A stretch of 64,000 bases of DNA from an uncultured delta proteobacterium (lineage in GTDB: Bacteria > Desulfobacterota > Binatia > UBA9968), in NCBI GenBank assembly GCA_963804165.1, contig CAWDPO010000006.1, forward strand, positions 64,001 through 128,000. Direction: 5' to 3'. Below, one piece after another: positions 49,313 through 59,818 of this stretch (position 1 is its first letter; every line of letters starts with the position of its first letter). Under the pieces are notes generated by a model. It did not search any database. It was not told where the DNA came from and saw only the letters and a program-made list of their open reading frames with translations. A program made the translations under genes and the position numbers.

Positions 49313-50449
49313 ATGACACAGACTGTGCTGCTCGACGCCGACTCGCATGTCAGCGAACCATTGAACCTTTGGCAAGAGCGCTTGCCGGCAAAATACCGGG
49401 ATATCGCGCCGCATATGGAGACCGAATACCAAGGCCGGCCCGGCGCCTGGTGGTTCATCGAACAGGATCGCGAACCACACAATGTGATCCTGGGTTTCGG
49501 CGCCAACAAGTCCCTCGAAGAACTGCAGCAATTATTGAAAGGCTTCTCCTACGCAGGAGCGCACCGCGGCGGCTGGGACCCGGCGCAGCGGGTCAAAGAC
49601 ATGGACCAAGACGGTGTTGCCGGCGACGTGCTCTACACCACGCTAGGCTTTCGTATGTTCTGGATCAAAGACGCCGGCTTTCAGCGCGCTTGTTTTCAAG
49701 TCTATAACGATTGGCTCGCAGAGTTCAGCGGCTATTCGCCCAAACGTCTCAAAGGGCTGGGGCTCATCTCCCTGTATGACCCCAAACAGGCCGCGGCAGA
49801 TTTAACGGACTGCGCGAAAAAAGGTTTGGCTGGAGCGATCGTATGGGCTTCGCCGCCGGAAGAGTTGCCGTTTTACTCGGAAATTTATGATCCCTTCTGG
49901 GCTGCGGCCCAGGAACTTTCGATGCCCCTCAGCCTGCACGAGTTCGCCGGCTTTCGCTGGGTGGATTGGGACTCCAGCGCGAAAAAACGGACGATCGCCG
50001 CAGGCATTAATTCGCACGAAGTCGAAAGCACTTTTTCCACGTTGATTATGTCAGGCGTGCTGGAGCGTTTCCCCGCTCTCAAAGTCGTCTCGGCGGAATT
50101 GAATTGCGGCTGGCTTCCCTATTTCCTGCGTCGCCTGGACGAACGCTTCGAGGCCCGCGGCGCGCGCGTTCATGGCAGCGCGTTTCCGACCAAGCTGAGG
50201 CTGAAACCGAGCGAATATTTTCGCCGCCAACTCTATGCGACTTTTATCGACGACCCTTTTGGCATCGCCCATCGGCACGATATCGGCGTTGACAATTTGC
50301 TCTGGTCGTCCGACTTCCCGCACAGCGCGACTTTCTGGCCCCATTCGCGCGAAAAGATCGCCAAAGATTTCGACGGCGTGGCTGAAACTGAAAAACAAAA
50401 GATCCTCTCGCGGAACACCGCGCGACTGTACGGTTTCAACGGCGATTAA
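49313..50449 (+). CDS. Amidohydrolase family 2 protein
   Basis: DADSHVSEP, DMDQDGV, YNDWL, GVLERFP, WSSDFPH. Confidence 0.92.
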   Translation: MTQTVLLDADSHVSEPLNLWQERLPAKYRDIAPHMETEYQGRPGAWWFIEQDREPHNVILGFGANKSLEELQQLLKGFSYAGAHRGGWDPAQRVKDMDQDGVAGDVLYTTLGFRMFWIKDAGFQRACFQVYNDWLAEFSGYSPKRLKGLGLISLYDPKQAAADLTDCAKKGLAGAIVWASPPEELPFYSEIYDPFWAAAQELSMPLSLHEFAGFRWVDWDSSAKKRTIAAGINSHEVESTFSTLIMSGVLERFPALKVVSAELNCGWLPYFLRRLDERFEARGARVHGSAFPTKLRLKPSEYFRRQLYATFIDDPFGIAHRHDIGVDNLLWSSDFPHSATFWPHSREKIAKDFDGVAETEKQKILSRNTARLYGFNGD

Positions 50450-50726
50450 CACCTAATAACGCCTGGCGGAGTTTCGGTCGCGCATTGAAATTCCGCACAG
50501 CGTAGCTCTTTCCGATCAAAACCTCGCGTTGAACACTCGAACGGCGGCGTCGATGGTTCGACGCGCCGTTCGAGCAAAATCTCAATTTCACAACCTTTCT
50601 TCCGCCGGCGTCCGCCATCGCCTATAATGTTTAAGGATTTCGACCGGTCGAAAGACGAGTGCTTCCATCGCCTCGGCTCGACAAAACCAGAGGACGATAT
50701 CGACTGGTCCCCGAAAGGCGGCTCAA

Positions 50727-51770
50727 GTGAAACCACAGGATAAGACTCCAGAAGATAAGACCTTGACAGAACTCACAGTACAAGTTGATCAGTGGCTGCG
50801 CGCCCAGAACGGCTCCGGCAACAACGATCAGCTCGCCGGGATCCTGCGCACAGTGCTCAAGCTGGCACAGGACAACGCCGATCGTGGCGATCTAAAGATC
50901 CTAAACCGCGCCATGCAGGAGCTGCGTCACGCTTTCAGGATCTTCGCGCCCTATCGGCACGTGCGCAAGGTCACCATTTTTGGCTCGACGCGGGTGCAGG
51001 ACGACGATCCCTATTATCACCTGGCGCGCGACGTCGCGCATCAGGTGGCGGAGGCAGGTTTCATGGTGATCACGGGTGCGGGCCCGGGTATCATGCAAGC
51101 CGGACATGAAGGCGCAGGACGAGAAAAGAGTTTCGGCGTCAACATCCGTCTGCCGTCGTTGCAAGCGGCGAACCCTTTCATCCGCAACGATCCCAAGCTC
51201 ATGAACTTCCACTTTTTTTTCACGCGCAAACTTTTATTTGTCAAAGAAGCGGACGCGGTGGTGATCTTCCCCGGCGGTTTCGGCACGCAGGACGAGCTGT
51301 TCGAGTCGATCACTCTAGCACAGACCGGCAAGGGTCGGCTCGTGCCGATCCTCTTGATGGACTTACCCGACGGCACCTATTGGCGGCGCTGGCGGGACTT
51401 TATCCGCGACGACATGATGAGCCGCGGCTATATCCTTGAGAGAGAGACGGCGTTGTTTAGAATCCTCACCAGCCCCGAGGCGGCTGTTGAGGAAATCACC
51501 GCTTTTTACCGCAACTTTCATTCCTACCGCTTCGTTAAGCAAAATTTGGTGATCCGTCTCAACCATCCGCCGACGCCCGCTTTGATCGACCGGCTCAATC
51601 GCGACTTCGCAGATATCCTGACCGGCAACAAGGTCCTGGAAACCGAGCCGCTGCCTGAGGAAGAAGACGATCCCGACACGCTGCAGTTGCCCCGCCTCCT
51701 GATGCGTTTCAACCGCGAGGACTTCGCTCGTCTCCGCCAGATGATCGACGAGATCAACGGCGTAGTGTGA
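50727..51770 (+). CDS. LOG-family (TIGR00730-like) nucleotide-binding protein
   Basis: IFGSTR, ITGAGPGIMQA, FFTRKLLF, FPGGFGTQDE. Confidence 0.92.
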   Translation: MKPQDKTPEDKTLTELTVQVDQWLRAQNGSGNNDQLAGILRTVLKLAQDNADRGDLKILNRAMQELRHAFRIFAPYRHVRKVTIFGSTRVQDDDPYYHLARDVAHQVAEAGFMVITGAGPGIMQAGHEGAGREKSFGVNIRLPSLQAANPFIRNDPKLMNFHFFFTRKLLFVKEADAVVIFPGGFGTQDELFESITLAQTGKGRLVPILLMDLPDGTYWRRWRDFIRDDMMSRGYILERETALFRILTSPEAAVEEITAFYRNFHSYRFVKQNLVIRLNHPPTPALIDRLNRDFADILTGNKVLETEPLPEEEDDPDTLQLPRLLMRFNREDFARLRQMIDEINGVV

Positions 51771-51980
51771 GCGGGAAACTTCTCGCCGCAATAGTGCACT
51801 CATCCGACTTTTCGTGATTCAAAAGTTTGCCCGGTTTGCGCAATTTCTCCCCGTTTGTCGGATAACATCGTGCCAGGTCTGTCTCGAGCAGAGTCGAAGG
51901 GACGCCAAGAAGGCATCGTCTTTTGACAATCACCGCAGCCGAGCATAAGAATCAAACCCATCAAACTACGGGAGACGCGA

Positions 51981-53035
51981 ATGCAAATCGGACTTTTCTC
52001 CAACGGTGAAAGACAAAATCAGATTGCCAAGACAACCTACGACGAAGATCTCGCCGAAGTGATCTTGGCCGATCAACTGGGCGTACAGGAAGCCTGGATC
52101 AGCGAGCACGGAACTTTCATCGGCTATCAAGCGCCGGATCAGCTTCCCAGCGCCGATCTTTTTATCTGCAAAGCGGCGGTGCTCACAAAGCAAATCCGCA
52201 TGGGCCCGGGCATCCGCCCGCTTCCCTACTTTCACCCGCTGCAAGTGGCCACCGATGCCGCCGTCTGCGACCACCTGACCAATGGCCGCTACATGGCCGG
52301 CTTCGGCGTCGGACTTCCCGGCAAGACGCCGTAGCGCGGCCCAATGCCCGGTGATAGACGCGCGATGACGCGGGAAGCGATCGATCTGATTCTTACGGCG
52401 TGGACCGCGCCGGAGCCCTTTGACTGGCACGGCGAGTTTTGGCAGGGCGAGAAACTGCTGATCATTCCGCAGCCGCTGACCAAGCCGCACATGGAGGTCG
52501 GCATCGCCTGCTCGCGCAGCGAAGGCACGCTCGAATTGACTGCGCAAAAAGGCTTCATCCCGCTCATGAGCTGGGCGCCGCAACCCAAACAGCTAAAGGA
52601 GATGATCGATATTTATCAGCGCGCCGGCGCTGAAGCCGGCAGCGCCGCGCCGCGCGGCCGGGTGCGCGTCGCGCGCATGATTTACGTCACCGACTCGGTC
52701 GAGCAGGCAAAGCGGGATCTCGGCGCAATCGACCTCGGCGCGGCAAAAGTGACGCGCCGACTCGATCAATATGTTCCCGCCGACGGCACACGCGACGATT
52801 TGACGATGAGATATATGATCGATCAAGGCGCGTTTTTCTGCGGTGATCCCGTACCGTCTATACTCGGATCAAAAATCTCTACGACGAGAGCGGCGGCTTC
52901 GGCGTATTGCTTTTACTCGCCGGCAAGGATTGGGGCACGCACGAACAGCGCGAGCGCTCGATGCGGCTCTTTATGGCCGAGGTCGCGCCGCGACTGGCAG
53001 GGCTGAATCCGGATGGCGCGCAATGCGCTACCTGA
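51981..53035 (+). pseudogene. LLM-class flavin-dependent oxidoreductase with in-frame TAG and a frameshift
   Basis: WISEHG, HPLQVA..DHLTNGRY; TAG at 52332-52334 in frame with ORF 52344; frameshift near 52851; end SMRLFMAEVAPRL. Confidence 0.75.
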
Positions 53036-53117
53036 CGAGTCCCCGTAATATTTGGCGGGCATGAGCCTACGTTCGCCCCGAAGGATAAAAATGGCGAATC
53101 TCAGCGCATCGTGCCGG

Positions 53118-53218
53118 ACCCTCCTTTCCCCTTGACGGGGAAAGGCCGGGATAGGGGTGCTCTAAACCGAAAAAACCCATCACCCCTACCTTACGCCTTC
53201 CCCGTCAAGGGGAAGGAA
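53118..53218. repeat. Paired hairpin element (TCCCCTTGACGGGGA)
   Basis: ccccttgacggggaaaggccgggataggggtg facing cacccctacc...ccccgtcaaggggaagg. Confidence 0.7.
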
Positions 53219-53295
53219 ATTACGCAGATTGAGACCGAAGACAATGGGTCATAAAATATTCATTCCTTCGTGCTCTTTCCTCCGGGTGTGACGAT

Positions 53296-53991
53296 GTGAT
53301 GCCAAGGGAAATAAAAATACTCAGCGCCGGCGCGGTTGCGCCGGGACTGTCGAAAGTAATCGAGGCCTTTCGCACCGAAACCACCCACGCGGTGAAAATC
53401 TCGTTCGCCACCGCGCCGGCGATCCTCAAGCGCTTTGACGCTGGCGAATCGGCAGATATCGTGATTGCGCCGACGAGCCTGCTCGACGAGCTGACCAACA
53501 AGGGGAAAGCTTCGGCGGCGACCCGCGTCACCGTGGGCCGAATCGGCGTCGGGGTTATGGTGCGCGACGGCGCGACAGTGCCGAAGATCGGCACCGTCGA
53601 GGAGTTCACGCAATCCCTGCGCAGCGCCGAGTCTCTCGTTTACAATCAGGCGTCGACCGGAATCTATCTTGATGCGTTGTTCGAGCGGCTCGGCGTCGGC
53701 GCAGAGCTGAAAGCGAAATCGACACGCTATCCCGACTTTGCCTCCGTTCGCGACCATGTGGCAAATGGCAAGGGCCGAGAAATCGGCCTCGGCGCCACCA
53801 CCGTCATCGTTGAAAACGCGGGCAAAGGAGTGAAATTCGCCGGCCCCCTGCCCGCAGAGATTCAGAATTACACGGCTTACGCTGCGACCATCTTGTCGAC
53901 CGGCAGCGCTGAAGTATCCGCGCGAGAATTCCTGCGCTACCTCACGTCTCCGGCGGGGAATTCGTTACTGGCTGACGCCGGGATCGAATAG
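53296..53991 (+). CDS. ModA-like (SBP_bac_11) protein lacking a signal peptide
   Basis: ILSAGAV, GESADIV, GIGVMVRDG, ASTGIY, GPLPAEIQNYT. Confidence 0.85.
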   Translation: MMPREIKILSAGAVAPGLSKVIEAFRTETTHAVKISFATAPAILKRFDAGESADIVIAPTSLLDELTNKGKASAATRVTVGRIGVGVMVRDGATVPKIGTVEEFTQSLRSAESLVYNQASTGIYLDALFERLGVGAELKAKSTRYPDFASVRDHVANGKGREIGLGATTVIVENAGKGVKFAGPLPAEIQNYTAYAATILSTGSAEVSAREFLRYLTSPAGNSLLADAGIE

Positions 53992-54151
53992 CGCGGTCAC
54001 AGATCCACGGGGTTCGGTTAATGTCTCTGCGTACATCGCGTCTCGGTAGAGTGAGTCTCGGAGTTTTTCCGCTGCTTGACAAATCACCGTGATTCGCCGG
54101 ATTATCATGACCGAACATTAAGTTTTGCGCTGAGGCGACACCAAAAGGAGA

Positions 54152-55294
54152 ATGAAAATGGCCGACACCATGATTTCCGCCGACGATCACATTGACTTAG
54201 GTTACTTGCCTAGAAACCTGTGGACCGAGCGATTGCCCAGTGCATTGAGCGAGCGCGCGCCGCACGTCGAAGACCGCGGCGAGAAGGGCGAGTACTGGGT
54301 ATGCGACGGCGAGACCTGGGCGGACTATCGTGGTGAGCGCTGGTTTGCGAGGACCAATCGAACCCGGCTGGCGCTCGATCGAGGCGGGGTCGGCGAGGCG
54401 CACCGGCCGACGACCCCGGCGAAACGGCTCATCGATATGGACCGCGACGGCGTCGCGGCGTCGCTCATGTTCCCACCGATCATTGCCATGCAAGTGGGCT
54501 CGCCCGAGCTGAGAAATGTCTGCGTGCAAGCCTATAACGACTGGGCCCTGGAATTCGGCAAGACCGCGCCGAAACGTTTTTTCCCGGTGGCGATGCTCTC
54601 CTCCGTCGACGCAGAGGCCGCTAGAGATGAAGTGATTCGGGTGGCGAAGTTGGGATTCCGCGAAGCGAATTTCCTGGTCAACGACGTCACGCTCGAAATG
54701 AACCTCAAGCCATGGGACGTGTTTTGGGACGCGGCCGAGGACGCCGGCATCGTCGTGTCGTATCACGTCGGCGGCAGCACCCAAACGGGAACAGTCAGGG
54801 CCACCATCGACGCGGTCAAGCCGGGAGAGCGCCAAGGCGTTTTCGATATGGGGCTCAGCAACGGCGCCACGTCATTTTTTAATCCGTTCGTGAACATGTT
54901 CAACTTCGGAACTTTGGAACGTCACCCGAAATTGAAATTCTGCCTGGCCGAGTCCGCCATCGGCTGGATCCCGTTCGTCGTGCAAGAGATGGATTACCGC
55001 TACAAGCGCCAGTTCGAGCGCAGAAAGTCCGCGGAAATTCCCCTGAAAGCGATGCCGAGCGAGATCTTCAAGCGCCAGGTCTGGGCGACGTTTCAAACAG
55101 ATTTAGTGGGACTACACCTGGTCCAATTTTTCGGCGAGGGCCATATCATGTGGGGTTCGGACTATCCGCACCCGGACAGTACCTGGCCATTTTCCCAGGA
55201 AATCATCGAGAAGGACTCGGCTCACCTCGATCCGCAGACGAAAAATAAAGTCTATCGCGAAAACGCCGCGGCGCTGTACGGACTTGAGAATTGA
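54152..55294 (+). CDS. Amidohydrolase family 2 protein
   Basis: ISADDH, DMDRDGV, YNDW, LERHPKL, WGSDYPH. Confidence 0.92.
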   Translation: MKMADTMISADDHIDLGYLPRNLWTERLPSALSERAPHVEDRGEKGEYWVCDGETWADYRGERWFARTNRTRLALDRGGVGEAHRPTTPAKRLIDMDRDGVAASLMFPPIIAMQVGSPELRNVCVQAYNDWALEFGKTAPKRFFPVAMLSSVDAEAARDEVIRVAKLGFREANFLVNDVTLEMNLKPWDVFWDAAEDAGIVVSYHVGGSTQTGTVRATIDAVKPGERQGVFDMGLSNGATSFFNPFVNMFNFGTLERHPKLKFCLAESAIGWIPFVVQEMDYRYKRQFERRKSAEIPLKAMPSEIFKRQVWATFQTDLVGLHLVQFFGEGHIMWGSDYPHPDSTWPFSQEIIEKDSAHLDPQTKNKVYRENAAALYGLEN

Positions 55295-55347
55295 ATCGTG
55301 CATCCACAAAAAGGTCGTGATTGGGTAGCCGCATCACTTGAGCCTGC

Positions 55348-55415
55348 GCTCCCCCCGGCCGACGCGGGGGTAAAAGTAGGGTTTGAACGATTGAAACGAT
55401 TGGAACGGTTGGAAC
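55348..55415 (+). repeat. GC hairpin fused to 9-bp tandem array
   Basis: ctccccccggccgacgcgggggt...ggggtttgaacgattgaaacgattggaacggttggaac. Confidence 0.7.
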
Positions 55416-55443
55416 TATCTTTCACCTAAAAATTACGGGAGGG

Positions 55444-56517
55444 TTGCTAATGAATAACGTTGAACCTAAAGGAGCCGTGCATTGGATCGATCACTATGTC
55501 GTCGGCACCAACAATTTGCCCGGCTGGAGTTACTGGGCGATGCATGCCACTGGGCTTCCGATAAGACCGATCAACGGGCTCACCACCAACATGCGCAAAA
55601 AGAATACGCCGATCTTTTGCTTTATGTGGTGGGACGATGAATCCTGCCGTATCGGCGCCTTCCTTCAGCCGGAAAACTACCCGGCGGCGAAAGAAATGGG
55701 CAAAGACATGCCGCGCTGCGGCTTTTATGTCAGACCCGAAGATATCGACCGTCACCTGCGGCGGCTCGATCAACATAAAATTCCACACACCGATCCGGTG
55801 AAGACCGCCGCCGACGGCGAAGAAGGCACGGTCGTCTGCTTCGCCGATCCGGACGGCAATCAATATGAATTTTGGGCGCCGGTCAATATGCCGGTAGGCG
55901 CGATGGAAGTGTGCACGTCGGAAAACGTCGGCCGCATCAGCCATTGCGTTTATGGTTCGCGAGACCTGGCGAGAACTGCGGCTTTCTTCGAAAAGTATTG
56001 CGGCATGGAGATCGAGCGCAAATCACAGACGGCCGAGGGGACTCTCGTCCTACGCATGCGGGCGGGCGCTCGGCTCGTGTACAAACTGGTTGATAAAGTC
56101 GATGAGCGCATCGCCGGCCATAGTCCGTGGTGGGACATGCACACCGCGTTCACGGTGCGTGACGAGGATTTTTTTCCCAACTACCAGCGCATGTGGGAGG
56201 GCCTTCCCGAAGAGGCGGGAGCGAAGGAGCATCTCAACGATTCCCGCGACAAGGAAGATAACTTTCCGGCGCGCACCGGTTTGCACCGCAGCCCGGTGGG
56301 CTACAAATGGAAAGAGATTCACCAACGAGGCGATGAGTTCTACGACTGGGATGGCCACGCCTTTCACTTTATCGGCGGCATACCGAAAAATGCCGACGGC
56401 TCCTTGGCGCTTTATACTCCCAAAGAACAGGATGAATACTTGCGCGAGCTCGCCGAGTCGTTAAACAAGACCGCCAAGCCGGATGATTGGATGACGGTTA
56501 CGAAACCGCTTCGATAG
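55444..56517 (+). CDS. Two-domain VOC family protein
   Basis: IDHYV, FADPDGNQYEF, GRISH, FYDWDGHAFH. Confidence 0.75.
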   Translation: MLMNNVEPKGAVHWIDHYVVGTNNLPGWSYWAMHATGLPIRPINGLTTNMRKKNTPIFCFMWWDDESCRIGAFLQPENYPAAKEMGKDMPRCGFYVRPEDIDRHLRRLDQHKIPHTDPVKTAADGEEGTVVCFADPDGNQYEFWAPVNMPVGAMEVCTSENVGRISHCVYGSRDLARTAAFFEKYCGMEIERKSQTAEGTLVLRMRAGARLVYKLVDKVDERIAGHSPWWDMHTAFTVRDEDFFPNYQRMWEGLPEEAGAKEHLNDSRDKEDNFPARTGLHRSPVGYKWKEIHQRGDEFYDWDGHAFHFIGGIPKNADGSLALYTPKEQDEYLRELAESLNKTAKPDDWMTVTKPLR

Positions 56518-56809
56518 ACGGTTGTTGGAGTTAGAAAAGAAATGTTCGTGCCCGGCGCGCCCGGGCGCGAACGGTGCCGCGCATCGGCATGAGATTTCGG
56601 CTCGCTGGTAAAGCTCAGCGAGCCGGAGGCGTTGGCATTCGTGTCCTTTACCCCGTCCTTGCTCTGTCTGATTCGGCAAAGTTATGGGACTCGCACCTCA
56701 GTGGAAGCCTCTAATCGGACGCTTCTCTTCAGCCCAGCTGTTGCCGCGCGCCAGTTACAACACCGCAATAAGACTAATGACGCCTTTTCCATAAGGACAG
56801 GAGACCGAC

Positions 56810-57613
56810 ATGGCTCTACGTATCAACGATTCGGAATTTTACGCGATCGACGCGCACTGTCATCTAGGACGCCGCAAGACACCGCTGGGACATGGCGTAG
56901 CGACCTTTCTTGGCGACGACCTGGTGCGGAATCTGGACGAAGCCGGCTTGGACTGCGCCGTGGCTTTTCCTTTGGGAGCGTCCTATACCGATTATTCCGA
57001 CGCGAACCAGATCATGGCCGAGGAGATGGCCAAGTACCCAAACCGGATCATCAGTTTTTGCCGCATCAATCCCAACTTCGGTCCGCAAGCGTCGGCGAAA
57101 TCTCTCGACCATTGTCTGGGGACACTGAAATTGAAAGGCATCAAGCTTCATCCGGAAATCGAATTCTTCGATCCCAACGAAGCCGAGCTGATGGAGCCGA
57201 TTTATGACGCGGCGCGGCGCTATCACGTCCCGATTATTTTTCACACAGGCATGTCCAGCAAAGCGTCGCCCGGAGTGATCGCCGAGCTTGCCGCGCGGTA
57301 CAAAGACGTGCCGGTCATTCTCGGCCACATGGGCGTGTCGGAGTACGTAAAACTTGCGGTGGCCGTCGCGCGTCAGAACGAGAACATATTCCTGGAAACG
57401 TCCGTGGTCGGTTGGATGCCGCTGCTACTCGAGGCCTTTCGCGGCGTCGGCACCAGCAAAATTCTCTTCGGCTCCGATCATCCCTATAATCCTCTGCCGA
57501 TGGAAGTCGAGAAGATTTCCAAACATGTGACCAAAGCGGCCAAGCTCAAGGCGGACGATTTGAAAAGAGTGTTCGCCGATAATTTTCTATCTATTATAAA
57601 ACACGAGAGATAA
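56810..57613 (+). CDS. Amidohydrolase family protein
   Basis: IDAHCH, GIKLHP, IFHTG, LGHMG, LFGSDHP. Confidence 0.92.
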   Translation: MALRINDSEFYAIDAHCHLGRRKTPLGHGVATFLGDDLVRNLDEAGLDCAVAFPLGASYTDYSDANQIMAEEMAKYPNRIISFCRINPNFGPQASAKSLDHCLGTLKLKGIKLHPEIEFFDPNEAELMEPIYDAARRYHVPIIFHTGMSSKASPGVIAELAARYKDVPVILGHMGVSEYVKLAVAVARQNENIFLETSVVGWMPLLLEAFRGVGTSKILFGSDHPYNPLPMEVEKISKHVTKAAKLKADDLKRVFADNFLSIIKHER

Positions 57614-57649
57614 TGCAATGCACTTACATCGTCCGCGCTTGGAGGCTGA

Positions 57650-58666
57650 ATGAAATCCCTTGTTAAATCGATTCGATCGACCGTACCGACGATCGCAAAC
57701 CTAGTCTCGCTCGCTTTCGCTCTCGTTCTGATCAGCGGTGTACCTGGCGTGCACGCGGGCGACGCTCCCTCGCTAAGAGCAAATTATGCGGCATTCAGCG
57801 GCGCCTTTGCCCCGCTCTGGATCGCGGCGGATAAAAACCTCTTCAGCAAATACGGTTTGAACGTCGACCTCCGCTACATCGCGCCCGCCACCGCCACTCA
57901 GGCGCTCATCGGCAAGAATCTCGACATCATCAATCCCGGCGGCGAGATCGTCGAAGCAGGATTGAATGGCGAACCGGTCGTCTACATCGCCGGCATCATG
58001 AATCGCGCCGTAATGTCGATCTATGCCAAGCCGGAAATCGGTTCGCTCGCTGATCTGAAGGGCAAGGTATTGGCTGTCACCGTGCCGGGCGCCACCACCG
58101 ATTTTGCTGCGCGCGTTCTGCTCCAACAGGTGCGCTTGACGCCGGGAAAAGACGTCAAATTAATCTACCTGAAAGGCATGGTGGAAATTCTTACCGGCAT
58201 CAACCAGGGCAACGCGGACGCCGGCATTTTCACTTCGCCGACGACTTTGAAGGCGCAGCATGCAGGCTTGAAGGAACTGGTGAACGTGACGGAGCAGAAT
58301 ATCCCGATGATTCACGCCGCGCTCGCCAGCACGAAGGAGTATGTCAAAACCAACCCCGACAACGTACGGCGGTTTCTGCAAGCTTATCTCGAAGGCATCA
58401 AGATCTCCCGCACGGATGGCGAATACGCCAAGCAGATCATCGGCAAATACACCAAAACCACCGATGTTAACGATCTGGAAAATTCCTATCAGACATTCCT
58501 ACCGGCGTGGGAAAGATTGCCGCTGGTGCCGGCCGCCGCCGTGCAAACGATGCTCAATTTCGCAACCCATCCGGGAGCAAAAGCAGCGAAGCCCGAAATT
58601 TTCATCGACAATTCCATCCTCGCCGAGATCGGCAAATCGGGATTTGTCGACAAGCTTTACAAGTAA
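57650..58666 (+). CDS. NitT/TauT-type ABC substrate-binding protein
   Basis: Signal peptide; SGAFAPLWIA, FSKYGL, DLKGK, FIDNS. Confidence 0.88.
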   Translation: MKSLVKSIRSTVPTIANLVSLAFALVLISGVPGVHAGDAPSLRANYAAFSGAFAPLWIAADKNLFSKYGLNVDLRYIAPATATQALIGKNLDIINPGGEIVEAGLNGEPVVYIAGIMNRAVMSIYAKPEIGSLADLKGKVLAVTVPGATTDFAARVLLQQVRLTPGKDVKLIYLKGMVEILTGINQGNADAGIFTSPTTLKAQHAGLKELVNVTEQNIPMIHAALASTKEYVKTNPDNVRRFLQAYLEGIKISRTDGEYAKQIIGKYTKTTDVNDLENSYQTFLPAWERLPLVPAAAVQTMLNFATHPGAKAAKPEIFIDNSILAEIGKSGFVDKLYK

Positions 58667-58800
58667 GCCCAAATCTCGATATGAGATTTACGAGTACGAA
58701 GCAGGCCGCGATTCAGCGCCAGTGAGGTGTGTAAAGCAGGAAAATTAACCCGAGACTCAAGACACGAGATCCGACACCGCGGTATTATCCCGCTCCCTTA

Positions 58801-58872
58801 TCCTCTCCCGCGACGCGGGGGAGGACAGAGGTGGGGGTTTGAACGACTTGAACAATTTGAGCGTCTTGAACG
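58801..58872 (+). repeat. GC hairpin fused to 9-bp tandem array
   Basis: cctctcccgcgacgcgggggagg...gggggtttgaacgacttgaacaatttgagcgtcttgaacg. Confidence 0.7.
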
Positions 58873-58897
58873 CATTTATATTCATAGAGGAGAAAAG

Positions 58898-59440
58898 ATG
58901 TCACGCTTGCCGGAAATAGATGCAACAAGACTTTCTCCCGAACAGCGGACGATTTACGACGATATCATGCGCGCGCGGGGTCATATGCGTGGTCCGTTCG
59001 CAGTATGGTTGCGAAATGCCGAGCTCTGCGAAAACACACTCAAGCTACAGGAGATGTTTGCTTCCCGAGTAAAACTCGAACGGCGCCTGCTCGAGCTGAT
59101 GATTCTCGTCGCCGCGCGCCAGGCCACCGCACAATATGCCTGGTTCATCCATGAGCCCCACGCGCTCAAGTTCGGTATTTCGCCCGAGATCGTCCAGGCG
59201 ATCCGCGAACGACGCACGCCGGAATTCACCCGCGACGATGAACGTCTGGTTTATGACATTACCACCGAGCTCGATACGACTCGCTCGCTTTCCGAGGCAA
59301 ACTACAAACGCGGGCTCGCGATGTTCGGCGAACAAGTGCTCGTCGAGCTGGTGAGCGCCATCGGCTTTTATTCGATGGTCGCAATGACGCTCAACGCGTT
59401 TGCCGTAGCGGTGCCCTGCGGTAAAGAAGTCCTGCCTTAA
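58898..59440 (+). CDS. Carboxymuconolactone decarboxylase (AhpD-like) family protein
   Basis: GPFAVWLR, ELMILVAAR, YAWFIH, VELVSAIGFY; GAGGAG RBS. Confidence 0.88.
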   Translation: MSRLPEIDATRLSPEQRTIYDDIMRARGHMRGPFAVWLRNAELCENTLKLQEMFASRVKLERRLLELMILVAARQATAQYAWFIHEPHALKFGISPEIVQAIRERRTPEFTRDDERLVYDITTELDTTRSLSEANYKRGLAMFGEQVLVELVSAIGFYSMVAMTLNAFAVAVPCGKEVLP

Positions 59441-59818
59441 GATAGTCGGTCGGCTCCGGGTGCAGCCTCCTGCGGCCTGTCATAGACCTGGACTTCCCTG
59501 TTTGCGCTTCAACGTTGACATTAGCGGACGCGACCCTGCCGCTGCACCTCGCTGAAATCATTGAAGAATCCCGAGCCGCGAAAACCGGCAAAGGTATGGG
59601 CGCCCGTCAGTCGTATTACTTTCGAGGCCGTTTGGGAAGTTAGAATCCAATCATCGGGCAGAGCAGCGTCACAAAAACTTGAGTTTTCCGTCTAAGGTTT
59701 GAGAACAAGATTTTATGAACGGAAACGTAAACACACAAAACCGGTTCCTAGAGGGGAATTGCTTAGCTCATCGTCCAGTCAATTTGGAGGGAAATCCCCT
59801 AAAAAGCTCGGAGGCCCA

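Noticed and set aside
52332-52334. In-frame TAG in the LLM gene as pyrrolysine or programmed read-through
   Set aside because: No pyl genes in the window, LLM enzymes are not known Pyl proteins, and the gene also has a frameshift; mutation or sequencing error is more likely
56520-56809. Riboswitch or ncRNA upstream of the amidohydrolase gene
   Set aside because: Hairpins are present (e.g. GGCTCGCTG/CAGCGAGCC) but I could not match any known aptamer consensus
59441-59818. Structured leader RNA or small ORF upstream of the Gln-rich protein gene
   Set aside because: No recognisable conserved motif or convincing ORF
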